Notes: a model not told the origin generated them from the sequence alone. Shown: positions 24,600 through 39,079, numbered from the whole stretch's first letter. The stretch: DNA of 58,242 nt, filler included, from Dugesia japonica (GCA_001938525.1; 6 parts of 6 records of this genome joined end to end with filler, not necessarily neighbours in it); one strand, 5' to 3'. Translations and numbers: made by a program.

Positions 24600-26000
24600 T
24601 TTTTATTGATATGTATGATATCTTCAGTCAGTTTTATGCAAAATATTTTCAGTAATACGGTTTATCAATCAGTAATAGAAAAATTATCAACCCCAGACAG
24701 TATTATGTATAACAATTAGTTATATAAACAGAAGAAAGGTTTAGCTTTGGGCAATAACTTATCCCCAACATTAGCGATTGTTTACATGGATTACAGTGAA
24801 AAGGAAATCATTCATAAAGCATATAATAAAATCAAACTTTGGCTAAGATACATAGATGTCATCTTCTTCATTACCAATACTACCCAGAAAATATTCTTAA
24901 TATAGCTAACAATATCAATAGTAACATCCAATTTACATTAGAAGAAACAATCGATTACCAAATACCTTTCCTTGACACACTTATACGGAAAGAACCTAAC
25001 CAAATTTTGACTAGCAAACTATACATAAAACCAGTTCACAGTGGATTGATAATACCATGGAGCAGTAACATCCCTACCAGACAAAAATGTGGATAATTGA
25101 AGGAGAAAGAATCAGAGCAGAACGATTATCATCTAACAAAGAAATGGAATAAGTATCACTTGAACTACTAAGAAATAAATTTCACTGAAATGGTTATCCA
25201 AAGAATGCCATTTCAAAATATTTAACACAAAATTTACTATGGAATGATAATAAAAGAAAGGAAAAATAGAAAAGAAACAATTATAGTAATTAAACTACCA
25301 TATGTCAATAAAAAATGTAGTCAATTGATGCAAAATATTATTTAAAAATCGAAGATCACATATTCACCTAGGATAATATTGAAAACACAAACCCCCTTGG
25401 GAATTCAACTAAAAAACCGAAGAATAACTCATGTGGGCCAAAATGCATATGTAATAATATGTACATATTTAATAAAAAATGTAACTTATGAATTTATTTG
25501 TACCATATGCAATAAATCATACATAGGCAAAACCTTAAGAACAATCAGAACCAGAATGAAAGAACTTACAGAAGGAGAGTGAAGTATATAAACATTTCTT
25601 ATACAATCATAATATTCATGCTAACTACAATATTATAAAATGGAAAATATTAAATTCCTACTATATATCAGCACTCCAAAGGAAAAAACACAAATAAATT
25701 TTAATCAAAAAATTTAAACCAGATATTATTATAATTTTTATTAATATGGTTAGATGAGTTTGAAGTACTCATCGGATCATTAATGTCAAAATTCATTTCC
25801 ATAAAAGATTTATTCATAAAATAAAAATGATATCCAACATTATTTGTTTATTCAAACAAATTAAAAGTCAATGTTTTAATTGGTGATCGTTTCTCAAATG
25901 ATTTAAAATTTATTTAAAGTTATTAAAAAATTTTGCTTTGTTATTAAATCGTCATTTAAAATTTAAAAACTAAATAATCATTCGCTATTTAAATTTTCAT
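24600..26000 (+). mobile_element. Penelope-like retroelement relic (RT + GIY-YIG endonuclease + terminal repeat)
   Basis: GLALGNNLSPTLAIVYMD, WLRYID, IQFTLEE..IPFLDTLI, LYIKP..WSSN.P, NGYP, VTYEFICTICNKSYIGKT.R.IRTRMKE. Confidence 0.9.
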
Positions 26001-26317
26001 NTACAATTTAAATCTTTTTAAATAAAAAATTTAATGAAAAATGATCACCAACCACACAAAATTTCAACTCGCTTTTCAAAACATACTCACAAATATTAAC
26101 CAATCATAATTAGGATAAAAAATATTTAATTTAAAAAAATTAATATTTAGTTTCAAATTGAATAAATCAATCACAACTCCTGAAGAAGATAAAATTGAAA
26201 ATTTGAGAAAAAATAAAAACGTTTTTTTGAAATTTTTTTGATCTAAGCCTTAGTTTATTTTCGTAATTTAGAAAATATTTAATTTTATCACTAGAATTAG
26301 AATTACACCAATTATTA

Positions 26318-26417
26318 NNNNNNNNNNNNNNNNNNNNNNNNNNNNNNNNNNNNNNNNNNNNTTAATTAATTAANNNNNNNNNNNNNNNNNNNNNNNNNNN
26401 NNNNNNNNNNNNNNNNN
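26318..26417. other. Artificial contig linker
   Basis: N44-TTAATTAATTAA-N44. Confidence 0.95.
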
Positions 26418-27004
26418 TTTGAAATTACTTTTCGTAAGATTATTTAAGAATTTATTCAACTATAAATTTTCAACTAGCAGCCAATTTTAAATAATTTATT
26501 TAAAATTAATTGACTAATTAAATCAATTAATTAAATTAATTAATTAATTAAAAAAATATTCATATATAATTCATAAAATTAAATTAAAATTAAATTTACT
26601 CATTCATTAATCTCGGGCAATTTTTCAAATTGCCTTATTTTGTCAACGATCTGTTGTCAGGTTCAATTTGACTGAATAAGTTTTTATCCTATCATTGATA
26701 TCTTTGTCTATACATCAAAAATTGTGCTCGTTCGAAATTCTCCTATCAAAATCACTTGATTTGCGGCTGAGTAACTCAACAGGCCTTAGATATTATAAGA
26801 TTAGTATTGTTATGATTTATATTTTATTTGAAATCAATGATTTTTATTAATAAGTAAAAATAAAAATATAAAACAATTGAAATTAACTATCGATTTTTAT
26901 TGAAATTTTCTGAATCCAAAGGAGATAATATAAACAAATAATATATTTTTGAAAATATAATCATTAATCGTTATTGATTTTAGAATTTATGCTTAATGTT
27001 TTTA

Positions 27005-27516
27005 CAGAGTGTTTGATAAGTCTCTCCCTAATTTAATTCATTAATTACTCACATAAAATAAAAGGTATTAAAAAACAAAGACATTTTTTGTATAATGTAT
27101 TTAATAAAGTTTTTTTATTGTTTACAGGATTTTCCATAAGTTTTCACACATTGCTGCCAATTACGTAGAAAAACCAACATTACATTCATTTTTGTTGAAA
27201 TGCGAACTTTAACTGATACAGTTGCAGGTTTTTACGAATATTTTCCAATATTTTCTTGTTTAATTCCAAACGAATCTGAATACACAATTGATGTTGAGCT
27301 ATCAGCAATATAACTTCCGTACTTTCTTTAATTCATAGCATTTAGAAATTTTGTTTTTTTCGATTATTAAAACAAATGGCAATTTTATATACTTAAACTA
27401 AATAAAATCTTCAATGTCAATATTACTAACATATATATGCATCATACAATATAAAATTTTGTTTTTTCGGAAGTAATAAGAAAAGTAAATCAGAGACAGA
27501 CTTATCAAACACGCCG
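27005..27516. mobile_element. Tc1/mariner-type non-autonomous element
   Basis: TA-cagagtgtttgataagtctctc ... gagacagacttatcaaacacgccg-TA. Confidence 0.8.
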
Positions 27517-28003
27517 TATAAATTGATTAAACAGTTTGTAGCATGTTAACAATATTTAATTTGTTTGTATTTGAAAAGTAAAAAAAATATGTAAATAGCT
27601 TTTAATTTCCACAAATCGACAGAAATTTCAAAATCAATAGATTTTTCTACCTTAATCACTTAATGTACTCAACCGAGTAAAGTCATGGAACATATTAAGT
27701 ATAAATACAGAGAAATTTAATCGTTTTCGATACCGCTGTAAATTACGACTTTAAGTTTATTTCAAAATTATTTTTCTATTTAACATTTATTCGTAAAATT
27801 TGAGTAGAAATTTATTTTTCGTTTCTTAAAACAATTTAATTTTTTCTTGTAATTCCAATAAGTTTTAGAATAAACATTTAATTTAAAATCTTTCAGTACT
27901 ATTATATTTTACAATTACTTTTCGGGAAATTAAAATTTTATCTGTCCAATTAATCATGTGTTTTGAATTATAAGTAAATCTAGACTTACAACTATTGTTT
28001 TAA

Positions 28004-28490
28004 CTGGTGTTGCACAACCTTTTTTCGTAGACAAGCCGCATCATCAGTTTAACTCAAATTCACGAGCCATGCATGTAAAAATTGTGGGCCGTAGGTTTTG
28101 TGTCACTGATATTATAATTACTATACCCGTGTTTGCCAACCAGTGGTCCGCAAGAAAACTTTGGGGGGTCAAAAGAAGCTCTATTTTGTGCACTTAACTT
28201 GCAAATCAGAACAACTAGCTGTGAGATTTTTAAATTGTTTAACTTTAATAAATCTTTCAATAATAAATTAGCATAAAATTTCTAGGATTTTTTCATAGAT
28301 AAGAATTAACAAAGTATTTATAATTTTGTTAAGCCGACATGAAATAAATGCATTCAATATTTATATAAAAAAGTTCCATGATCATTATTTTACAAATATA
28401 TTTATCATAAAAAACGTTTTATCAGTGACCCATTGGATTAAAAATGATTGTATTTGTTGTCTGTCAAGTCAGAAAAATTGGCGACCACTG
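28004..28490. mobile_element. Degenerate hAT-Charlie-like MITE
   Basis: ctggtgttgcacaacc left end, ggcgaccactg right end, internal gggccg/ggtccgc motifs; no clean TSD. Confidence 0.4.
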
Positions 28491-28635
28491 TACTATACTA
28501 TATAACTTCGAAAATATACACAGCACTGTTAAAGCGTCATTTTTTAGCTAGCATTTTGGATGAAAACGTTGTGAATCCGTAAAATATCGGTTGTTTAGAA
28601 TTATGATTAGATTTTTCATGGACTTGGGTTTAGAG

Positions 28636-29153
28636 CAGGGGTTTCCAAAGTGCGGCCCGCAAAGCCTGTGAATATTATATTTTTTTATATTCACATTATT
28701 TTGTTAGTGTTCATTAATAGTACTAGTTTGCAATCATTGTTGCTATGATTAAAAATTTATATTTATAATTATAAGTTTAGTTTCAGTTACATTTGTTTTT
28801 GTTAATAAATAGTCGATTATTAGTTTGTAATACTTGTTGCTATAGTTCTGTATTTACAATAAGAGTGATTTTACTTTCGTGTTAATAAATTGTGTGATTT
28901 TATAATAACTGTTGTTACAGTTAAATATTTATATTATTATATAATAAGATGGATTTCAGCTATTTTTGTGTTTTAATAATAGATTTATATTTATATTAAA
29001 TTTAGTATACTAATAAAAAAATAAGAAATAGTTAAATATATTTAAAACAAAAATAATCATGGTTATTGTTTTGAATTTATTCCGTTTTTTTGGCCCGCCA
29101 AAAAATTCGGTAATATTAAATTGGCCCGCATAGAAAAACTTTGGGAACGACTG
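28636..29153. mobile_element. hAT-Charlie-type MITE with perfect 8-bp TSD
   Basis: caggggtttccaaagt / actttgggaacgactg termini, GGCCCGC subterminal motifs, GTTTAGAG duplicated at 28628-28635 and 29154-29161. Confidence 0.9.
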
Positions 29154-29379
29154 GTTTAGAGAGTTCCGCTGCGATTGACCGCAACTGCAAAATTGTGGCC
29201 ATTTCTAAAAAAGTAGCACGCGGTTTTGCGATGTTTCCAAAGGAAATATATAGCAGAAATATTGACTTTTAAAAAATTTTAGTTTTTTTCTTGAAATAAT
29301 TTTATAAATCAAGTTTAACCGCTAAATAAAAATTATATTTTTTGTTTTAAAAATTCTTATTATCACTCAAAACACTTTC

Positions 29380-30000
29380 ATTCTCTGAGGCTATAGCTAA
29401 TAAATTCTACAAAATATCAACAAGTAAAGGACACATTATGAAAGTTGTTCACAAAGGCTGCCAAAATAAGCAGTAAAACATAAAGAATTTAATTATCAAA
29501 AAGAAGATTAAAGGAACTAAATTCAGCATCAGTATCGATGAATGTTCTGGACTCTGGCATCGACGATACTTCAATATTATATTACACTAAGGAAGAAGTA
29601 GCAAAAGAGTTAATTTGGGTTTGGTTTGTATGGTAGGTCCACACACGAGTGAAATAATAGCGGAAGCAGTGAAAATGCATCTTGAAAGTTACGGGCTATT
29701 TCTTGATAATGATATTATAGCAACAACTAATGACGGAGCTAGCGTTATGGTTAATTCTGGATGACTTATTCTCCCAATCTCACTGTTGTGTTTAAACCAT
29801 GCAATTCATCTCTCTACCACTGACTGATGGTATTTGAAAAAAACAATATCCAACAAAGACTATGTAAATGCTAGCAGTAATGAAGATGGTGATTTTAACA
29901 ATCTAGATTCATTAAAATCCGAATTTATTTTATTCAGAAATAAAATTCAACGAACAAAAAATCTTCAGAAACTATTAGATTATTTAATGACAACTGACTG
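29380..30000 (+). mobile_element. hAT transposase relic (catalytic region)
   Basis: FSISIDECS..RRYFNIILH, NLGLVCMVG..SEIIAEAVKMHLESYGL..DIIATTNDGASVM..LCLNHAIHL (first two catalytic Asp and the CxxH motif). Confidence 0.88.
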
Positions 30001-30269
30001 ATAATAAGCACATGTTCTCAGTTTCATCTGCGTTTTGAACTAAACTGCTGTCTAATTTTATCTGTTAAATCATTAAATGATTTAGCGTTTCTTAAATATT
30101 ACTATAAAACAATAAATCAACTAAACGATTTTCATAAACAGTCTTTAATAAAAAACTTGAAAATATCCAATCTACTTAGTTTTTTTTAATAAATTATTTA
30201 AAAAACTGCGGTTTTTAAAAAAATAAAAAAATATAAATTCATTTAGAGTTGGTTTTTATTTTGGAAAAG

Positions 30270-30900
30270 TTCATATAACTGGAAGAAAATGCAAAGAAAA
30301 TATTAGGCGAGTTTGAACGGAATTTTGTACACAAAGCACGCACAAATACTCTTTCAATAAATGCTCGGCCTAATAACATTACTTTTGATGAAAGACTATG
30401 TTGACAATGTCATTCCCACAATGAAACAACGTCACATGTCCTACAAAGTTGTGATGTAACCAAATCATTAAGAACAAAGCGTCATAATGCATTAATTATA
30501 ATAATTGTTATAATAATTATAAAATACCCTACCTTAATAATTGTAATTGATCGTACTTGTTTTTTTGTTCCAGATTCATTAGAACTCGTTGATATTATGA
30601 TTACTGATTCGGTAAAGAAAAGAGTATTTATGTTTGATGTTAAATGCCCTATTGATTCAGCTGAAGGTTTCTTTAAAATAGAAGAAGGGAATAAAATGAA
30701 ATATTAGAATTTTAAAAACGAGATACAATTAGCAAAACTTGGTAACTATGTAGAATTTTACACTATTCCTCCTGAGACCTACCAAGTCATTCAGTACATT
30801 GGTGTACCAATAAATAAATGTTTAATAAAAAATGTGCAATCTCCAAAATACGGAATTCTGCACCTATTTGGCAATTTCGTGTATCAGGAACATATCCGCA
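30270..30900 (+). mobile_element. RLE non-LTR retrotransposon 3' end (NeSL/R2-like)
   Basis: C*QCHSHNETTSHVLQSC..RTKRHN (CCHC knuckle + RHN), then VDIMITD..KRVFMFDVKCP..F..GNKMKY (PD-D/ExK endonuclease). Confidence 0.85.
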
Positions 30901-32492
30901 TTTTTAAATTGCTATTGTATATTTTTTATACATAATTTGAATTTTTCTTTTATTTTCAAATTTTCACATTGAAAATTACAGTAAAAAATAAAGTATTCTT
31001 TTTTAAAAACACATAAAAGATTTAATTTGTTTATTTATATCTTATTTCAAATACATGCGATGTGTGAAAAGAAGAATGTTGATTCTCGTCTAATTGATTA
31101 TAATGATGCAGTTTCTACAAATTTGATCAATCAGATTGAGAATTTAATGAATTCCTGATATTGTCAAAAACATTTCAATAATCATAGATCGAAGAGTTGC
31201 AGAATGAATGAGACAAGTTGAGTAGTTATGAAAATTGAAACAATCATAATCATTTTGAGGAAAATCACATCAGAAACATTAATAATTCCAAGCAGAATTT
31301 ATCACCCAAAGAAAAACAATAAGAAGCTTTGTTTCGTAAAATAATCTTTTAGTAGAAGTAGTATATTTCCAATTTTAGTCTTTTTTTGAAATTCTCTATT
31401 GAAATATTTAACCTTCTACTTAACGAATTGTATTTGTAAAAAATTCATAGAGCTAGTCAAAATTTAGAATCAAATCTTAGTAAAATAATAATTAATATTC
31501 TGAAAATATTTAATTAAATTAAAAGTTATATATTCAAACAAACTATCCTCACCGTTGAAACGGTATCACGATCTCTAATTATCAGAAGAAGAAAAAACTA
31601 TTTCAAATCTATTTCATATTGCTATTTTTTCTTGTCACAAAAGTTGTTTAATATAAACTTAATTAAGCTAAATAACAAGAAAAAATAATTTCGAGTTTTT
31701 ATGAATTTTCCAGAGAGAAATTCCATTATACTAATCGAATCAATTAAAAAAAATCCAATGAAAAATGTTTTCAAATTATTTTCAAATTGATTATTAATAT
31801 CATCATTATTTGATGTTTCCCGTTAAAAAAATAAATTTCAAGAATTATTATTTTATTTTTTATTTAATAATATTGATAATTTAAATATTTATTGCTAACG
31901 AAACGAAAAGAAAATATCAATGAATTTACTTTGAAATTAAATTCAAACTTAATATCTAAATTTTTCTTCTCTCTTTTCTCGGTCACTGAAATATGTTCAA
32001 TTATGCAAAAATATAATTTCCATCAGAAACCAATTATTACAGAGTATGATTTGATAATGTTCAATAAATCAATAATTCTTTCAATTTATTTAATTTTTTT
32101 TTGTTTTAATTTATTCAATGTTTCAATTATCGATTTTCTCTTTAATAAATTGAAAATAAAACCGCTATTTTTATCTATTTTTTTTTCGTTTCGTTTTTCG
32201 TTATTTTTCACGATGGAATTTATTGATTTTCTTTCAAATAGGATTTCGTACTAAAAATTGGAAAAAAAATTTTTTTGTTTTAGTGAATCAAATAAATTTT
32301 TTTTGTTATCTAAAAAAGCATTTAAAATTGGATTATTCTTATCTCATAAAGTTGTTGACAATTCTTCAGTAGAANNNNNNNNNNNNNNNNNNNNNNNNNN
32401 NNNNNNNNNNNNNNNNNNNNNNNNNNNNNNNNNNNNNNNNNNNNNNNNNNNNNNNNNNNNNNNNNNNNNNNNNNNNNNNNNNNNNNNNNNNN

Positions 32493-32530
<38 letters not shown>

Positions 32531-32749
32531 CCATTAAATTTGAAAAATCGTTTGCTTAAAACTGTTGATTACATAAAAATTAAAAATTTATTTTACAAAC
32601 TATTTTAATGATTTAATTTAAATATTTAAAAAATTTGACTTTAATAAATTCCGTTTCAAAATACATAAAAATTTTAATCTGCTTTTAAAAACAATCTTAT
32701 ATCCCCATTTTTAAGAAGTATTTTCATCTGCTTTTTAAGTTTCTTTTGA

Positions 32750-33350
32750 AGTTTCATCCGCTAGTGTCTTTTACAATGTACCATGTCTTCTATTTTATTT
32801 GCAGAAAATAACTCTTTATCTTCATCTGTTTCACAAATAGCATGTATTTCTGAATTCTGAATCTCAATCCTTTCTTGGTAGGCTTCTATTAAAATTCTGT
32901 TTTCTATTTTCTTGTCTCATTTTTTTGATGTTCATAAAACATTCTTTAATTATGTGTCCAGGTTTCTTACATCTACCGAATACAATTTTTGTTCCCAACC
33001 TTCTGATGTGACTAATTTTAACACAATCGAAACATTTTGGTGGTTACCTATCTGGCCAATTTCTTCTTATATACCCTTCCTTTTGCCAAGTCCAACATTA
33101 TATCTGAGCATTCTTAGGAAACTCTTTTTATGTGACCATAACTCTGGCATGTTCACAACTCTGATCCTGTTCTTCTCGTAACTTCCACGATTTTTCTTTT
33201 TCTATATACGGTAAGATTTTCACATGCAATTCCCGAGTAACTCTTTACTACGTTAATTGGTTCTCTTATTTCTATTTTTTGCTACTAAAGATAGGATTTC
33301 TTTCATATATTCTATTTTCTCCAAATTATTTGCACTTTTGTCAATGAAAG
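32750..33350 (-). mobile_element. Retroelement gag-like relic with three degenerate CCHC zinc knuckles
   Basis: CWTWQKEGYIRRNWP, CFDCVKISHIRR, GRCKKPGHIIKEC. Confidence 0.65.
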
Positions 33351-33849
33351 TTAGCGGTTTCAGTTATTTTACACGAAACGCGGTTTTGCAGTTCGGATAT
33401 ATCCGAATGAGAATCCGTAATTCTATGAAACTGTATTTTGCTGAATTTCTACTAGTTTGTGGAATTTTTAAATATTTTAAAAATTAAATTCGAGATAACT
33501 TTGAATTGATTTTTTCTAATCAATACTGTAAGAAAATGTTCATGGTATAATCAGATATTTTGAGATTTCAGGTTTGATTTTTTTTGAGAATTTAAAAATA
33601 TGTTTACTTAAAATAATTGGAATTTTAAATATTAAAAAAATGTTCAATTTTATAACATCTAAAATATTTTAAAATATATAAAATAAAATAAGATAAAGTT
33701 TTTAGAATAAAATTCTAATAAAAAAATTTAAAATTTAATTGAATTATTAAAGGTTTTAAAAATAAAAAATTATTTTGAAAAAAAAATTTTAATATGAAAA
33801 AAAATTAAAATCCAAGACACGTAAGATGAATATATATATAAATATATAT

Positions 33850-34567
33850 CGGAATTTTCTTCAGTTCATATGCAACATTTTTCTGAATATCTTCCACCTC
33901 ATGAAATTCTCTTCCTTTCATAAATGTTTTCGGGTTTGAAAATAACACAAAGTCTGCTGGAGTTAAATCTAGAGAATATGGTGGATGGCCGATACATCTC
34001 CTTTCTCGGTCAAAAAACGCTTTACAATAGTTCCCTTGACAGTTAGGCTATAAAAAATAAATCGTGCAGAAATCTTTCTTTTACAAAAATCCTCAATTAG
34101 CATTTTAAGAATCGATTCTCTACTGATTTCTGTTTCGTCTTTCATCATCCTTAAAGTGATTTGTCTGTCGGTTTCAACAATTTTAATTTTATTCCGATTT
34201 TCATCATTTCTGGCGACTGATGGACATCCAATTCTCTCATTATCCATAGTATCTTTATGACCTTCATGACAACGAGAGTACCCTTAAAAATACATTGTTC
34301 TCATATATTACTTTCAACATTTCATAGGTGTCTCCATGACCATTTTATCCAATTTGTAACAAAATTCTATATTGATTCTCTTAAAAGATTAGCAGATAAA
34401 ATGAATAAACACAATTAAATAAAAAAAAATCAATAAACTTGTATTAAACAGACAGTTAATAAACTGTTTAAGAATATCTTGCTGAAAACATACAAAAACT
34501 ATGCTCACAATTGTATATAATTCGCATTCTAATAAAAGTTCAGCAACGTTATTGTCACATCTTGTAT
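33850..34567 (-). mobile_element. Internally deleted mariner relic (different subfamily from 19085-20336)
   Basis: RINIEFCYKLDK, DNERIGCPS..DRQITLRMM..RKISARFI, DLTPADFVLF..MKGREF; TIR-like tacaagatgtgacaataacgttgctgaac. Confidence 0.8.
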
Positions 34568-35387
34568 ATAATAAATAATAATATTTACAGTAATCACGAG
34601 TAGATTCTTGTAGAAATTTACTAGGCTTTATTAATTATATTCAAGAATGAATTCAAGAATTGCGCGCGCACATATACACACACACAAATTTAGGAATCAA
34701 TAATTTAACAAAATATTATCGTAATTAACCAAAGATAAAATCAAAGAAAAATTCATAATTGATAATATTTAAGATTTTGTTTGGTATTAGGACTGAAATT
34801 GTAAACCAGTGTCAATTAACGCGACATTCAAATGAACAAATTCATTCCGATCATTGATAATAAGTTCAACTGCCAACTTGTAATCAGTTTTGCGTTTCTT
34901 TATTACATTGAATTTAATTGATAAAAAATCATTGAAGCATATGACACCTACTTCTAATTGTAAATATTAAATTTTAATTTAATTTTATTCTTCATATAAT
35001 ATCATTAAAACCCATTTATATCATTTATCAGTTATCAGTATGATTTAGTAATGAATTGGACAGTGAGTGAAGCAGGTTCTACTATGATGAGTAACTGCTA
35101 ATCATTATGGGAATAATAGATCTGAATTCTAATAACTAGGGCAACCGAAAATATGCTCTAATAAAATCATTTGAAGCACCTAAAATATGCTAATAAAAAG
35201 TTATTTAATACAATTGAAATATGCACATTAATAAATAGAATTTTTCATACAAATAAACAGTATTATCAGTTTAAAATAATGGAATTAATATTNNNNNNNN
35301 NNNNNNNNNNNNNNNNNNNNNNNNNNNNNNNNNNNNNNNNNNNNNNNNNNNNNNNNNNNNNNNNNNNNNNNNNNNNNNNNNNNNNNN

Positions 35388-35443
<56 letters not shown>

Positions 35444-37982
35444 TCAGTAAATAACAAATATTTCCTTAAGATTATCAAAGAGAAAGATTTTCTTGTTTGA
35501 TCTTAACACATTTATACATTGAAAAACATAGCTCAGCATCAACTGAATTATTAATAACCATTTGAGCCGTTTTAGGATTATCGTAGGCTTCAGGCACTTT
35601 TGAATAAAAAATATGAGACTGAACTGAAGTCTTGAAGAGGACTGTAGAAAGGATCCAACTTCTTTTTGAAAGAGAAATAAGTTTTCTCAGTGACAACTAA
35701 ATTATACAAGGTCTCTCTTGCAAATTACACAGAAATTCAATGACAATTATGCGATAAAGTTGATAATAAACATTAACCACAGACCAATTAATTTTACGTC
35801 AAAAGTATAATTTTACAAATTAGAAGTAGATTAAAAACTAAATTAAGTTTGAAAACGTTTTCATGTTTCAAAACCAATGAACGAAAGAAAAATGATTTAA
35901 TTAATATTAATTAATAATATTAAAATAATTTAAGAATAGACGACAAGAATATTCAACTAAATTAATAGTATTATAATGTTTGTTAGTTTTATTGGTTTTC
36001 TTCATTTAAATCAACTAAAACAAGACTTTTAATTNNNNNNNNNNNNNNNNNNNNNNNNNNNNNNNNNNNNNNNNNNNNNNNNNNNNNNNNNNNNNNNNNN
36101 NNNNNNNNNNNNNNNNNNNNNNNNNNNNNNNNNNNNNNNNNNNNNNNNNNNNNNNNNNNNNNNNNNNNNNNNNNNNNNNNNNNNNNNNNNNNNNNNNNNN
36201 NNNTTACTAATTATTTACATTAAAAAATTTAAACTAATAACATTGCATTAAATTTTAAAATATTTGCAAATTTTTAATATTACCTAACAATGTTAAAATA
36301 CTTCATTCAAGTACTAGTACTAATTGCTAGAATTACTTAAAATATCAGGTCCTGTCGAATAGCATATCATTCAGTTCTCAACTTGTCTCTAACTAATAAT
36401 TGAATTTACTAATAATAAGAATATACTGTGAAGAGTTTTAAAGAAAATCTACATACTCCTGCAATATTTGTTACCGTAAATTTTTGCAAATTACATTATT
36501 AAGCAAACGTTTATTGTTAGGGCTACATTAACATAATTTGTAGTTTGTCTTCATTTTAAATGAATCCGTTTCATTGTAACCCGTGCTGGCTATAAAAAAA
36601 AACAATCCAACCACGTACTGTTAGAACAAGTACATTTGCATATTTATCTTTTCTTATATTTAATTCATTTTTATTTTTTAAACTTTATATAAAAACAACT
36701 AAAATTTAAAGTGAAAAAATATTTTTTTAAATCATAAAAATATGTAATAATTAATAATATTAAAAATTCAATAATAAATTTATTTCACCTTAACAAATTA
36801 TCATTTAAAATACGTAAATGTTTTAAACAAAAAATTATATGATAAGTGTAAGGAATGATTAGTAATACTAAAGAATCGTAGGAAATTTTTAATTGTTTTT
36901 TTTATTGTGTATTATTTTTTAATGTTACTTTGGATGTTTAGTTTAAATATGTTTAGTTTAAATATGGTTGTTATTTTTGCTTGTATTTAATTCCATTAAA
37001 TATTTGAATATTGTTGTTATTGTTTTAATGGTATCAGGTTATAATTTTCATTAAATAGAAATTTCAATTTTTATTTTGTATTTAATTGAATTTATATATA
37101 GAAAATTTATATAAATATTTGTTAATAGTTTTTTTAATTAACTTTGGTAAATTATTTTCATCCAATTTTGTAATATATATAATTCGATTACTTCCAAATT
37201 AAGACAAAAATCTTGAAACAATTTATTAAAAGTAAATTTTAATATTTGGTTGGTATTTCGTCATTGTTAATAACAAGTTGGCATCATCTGCGTGACATGC
37301 TTTCATATTTTAAAAAAAATTAAAATTTAAAATAAAATATTAAACATTCAATTAAATATTCAATGGAAAATAAAACTAAAATAACTAAGTAATTTTAAAA
37401 TATTTATTATTTCGTAACAATATTTCTATAGATTTACATTTGATTATGTTTGTTTATTATATTTTTATTTGTTGTTTATCAATAATAGAAATATAATAGT
37501 GAAATAAATTTTCAATATAGAAATTATATAATTTTTAATGAATTTTAAATATATTATTTTAACATTCATTATTTTTGATATTTAATTATGAGAAATAATC
37601 AATAAATAAATGATTAAATATTCATGTTCACATAATCGATAACTAATCGATAAATAATCGATAACTAACCAATAAATTGATTAAATTTAACTTCAATATA
37701 ATAAAAAAATCAATGAAATAATTAATTAATAAATAATCAATTTTCTTATATTATATTTTTATTAATTTTAATTCAAAATGTAAACTTTGTGGGTTTTTTG
37801 AATAACTGCTAAAAATGATTGATGTCATTTTAAACTGACCTTTATTAGAATTACTAAATTCGAGATAATAAATTTATTATTTATTATCATAAAACTTTTA
37901 TGAATAAATTTCTAATCAAAATTTTGAGTTATCTCGACAATTTTATCAGCCTCCTAAAATAGAATTTTGATTAATGTTAATA

Positions 37983-38082
37983 NNNNNNNNNNNNNNNNNN
38001 NNNNNNNNNNNNNNNNNNNNNNNNNNTTAATTAATTAANNNNNNNNNNNNNNNNNNNNNNNNNNNNNNNNNNNNNNNNNNNN
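37983..38082. other. Artificial contig linker
   Basis: N44-TTAATTAATTAA-N44. Confidence 0.95.
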
Positions 38083-39079
38083 TATTCATACTCAAAATGC
38101 AATGATCAGTTCCATTCCATCTGAATTGTAAAGGACATCCAGGTTTTTCACTTATGCATAAATTACTGTAATATCTTCTATGACTCCATTGGCACTTTTC
38201 TATCATTTAGAAATTGAATATTTTTTTTATTAACACAAAAAAACTTTATACACTCACCATAACAATTTCTTCCTACTTGATCGTATTGTTTTGGATCACA
38301 ACCTTATAAATAATGTATTCAATAAGTTATTTCATAAATTATAAATCTCATTCCATAAAAATTAGAACAATAAAAGAATAATAAAAAGAATGTGTGTAAT
38401 TCGAAATAATATTTATAATAATATGTATAAGCAATAGAGAAACAAAAGATAAAAACCAAGAAAGAAAAAAAAGATTCCAACAATGAATCTTTGACGTGTA
38501 GTGGTTTATTTAAAGATTGCGCGGTATTATTACTCGAATAATTAAAACACAAATAACCTCTATCTAAAATACATTTCCCATCAACATTTGTGTATCGACG
38601 TGGACATCTGCTATTATGAAATCGAACACATTTATTTTTCATAGGAATTGAGTCGGATGGACAAGATTTATCGTTATTCATTGGTAAATATTCATTGCAA
38701 ACTTTTCCATCGAGTGTACCAATAAGACAATATGGATCAACAACTTCAAGAGACGAGGTAGTATCGTCATTATTTTTCATTCTTATCTTAATATAAAAAT
38801 TATGTTTTATTTTATTTATTTTTGATAATTAAATTAACTAACTTCACCCGAACTACTTATAAAATATTGTGTTTCAGCAATTCTTGAAAATTTTGTCAAC
38901 TCAAAATATAGCCTTGAAAATAATTTTAAAATTAATAAATAATAAAAAATAGATACATAAAATAAGGTTATGAAATAGTTTTATTACACCAAAATTCTAA
39001 CCATATTAGATTACTGTTTCTCAACAGCAAAAATTATAAATTGAATTACACAATAAATAATCTTGATAAAAATAAACCA
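38083..39079 (-). CDS. Secreted cysteine-rich repeat protein, 5' five exons (39015-39079, 38843-38912, 38558-38786, 38258-38302, <38083-38199)
   Basis: All four introns are GT-AG with compatible phases (2,0,1,1). Signal-like MVYFIKIIYCVIQFIIFA is followed by repeats such as CPRRYTNVDGKC, CDPKQYDQVGRNC and CPLQFRWNGTDHC; truncated by the contig end. Confidence 0.8.

Noticed and set aside
25745-25780. Hammerhead ribozyme in the Penelope terminal repeat
   Set aside because: Stem present but CUGANGA and GAAA cores are not matched in any of the three copies.
34780-36600. Possible scattered minus-strand host exons (e.g. 35520-35696)
   Set aside because: Could not assemble a consistent phase-compatible model or recognise a domain.
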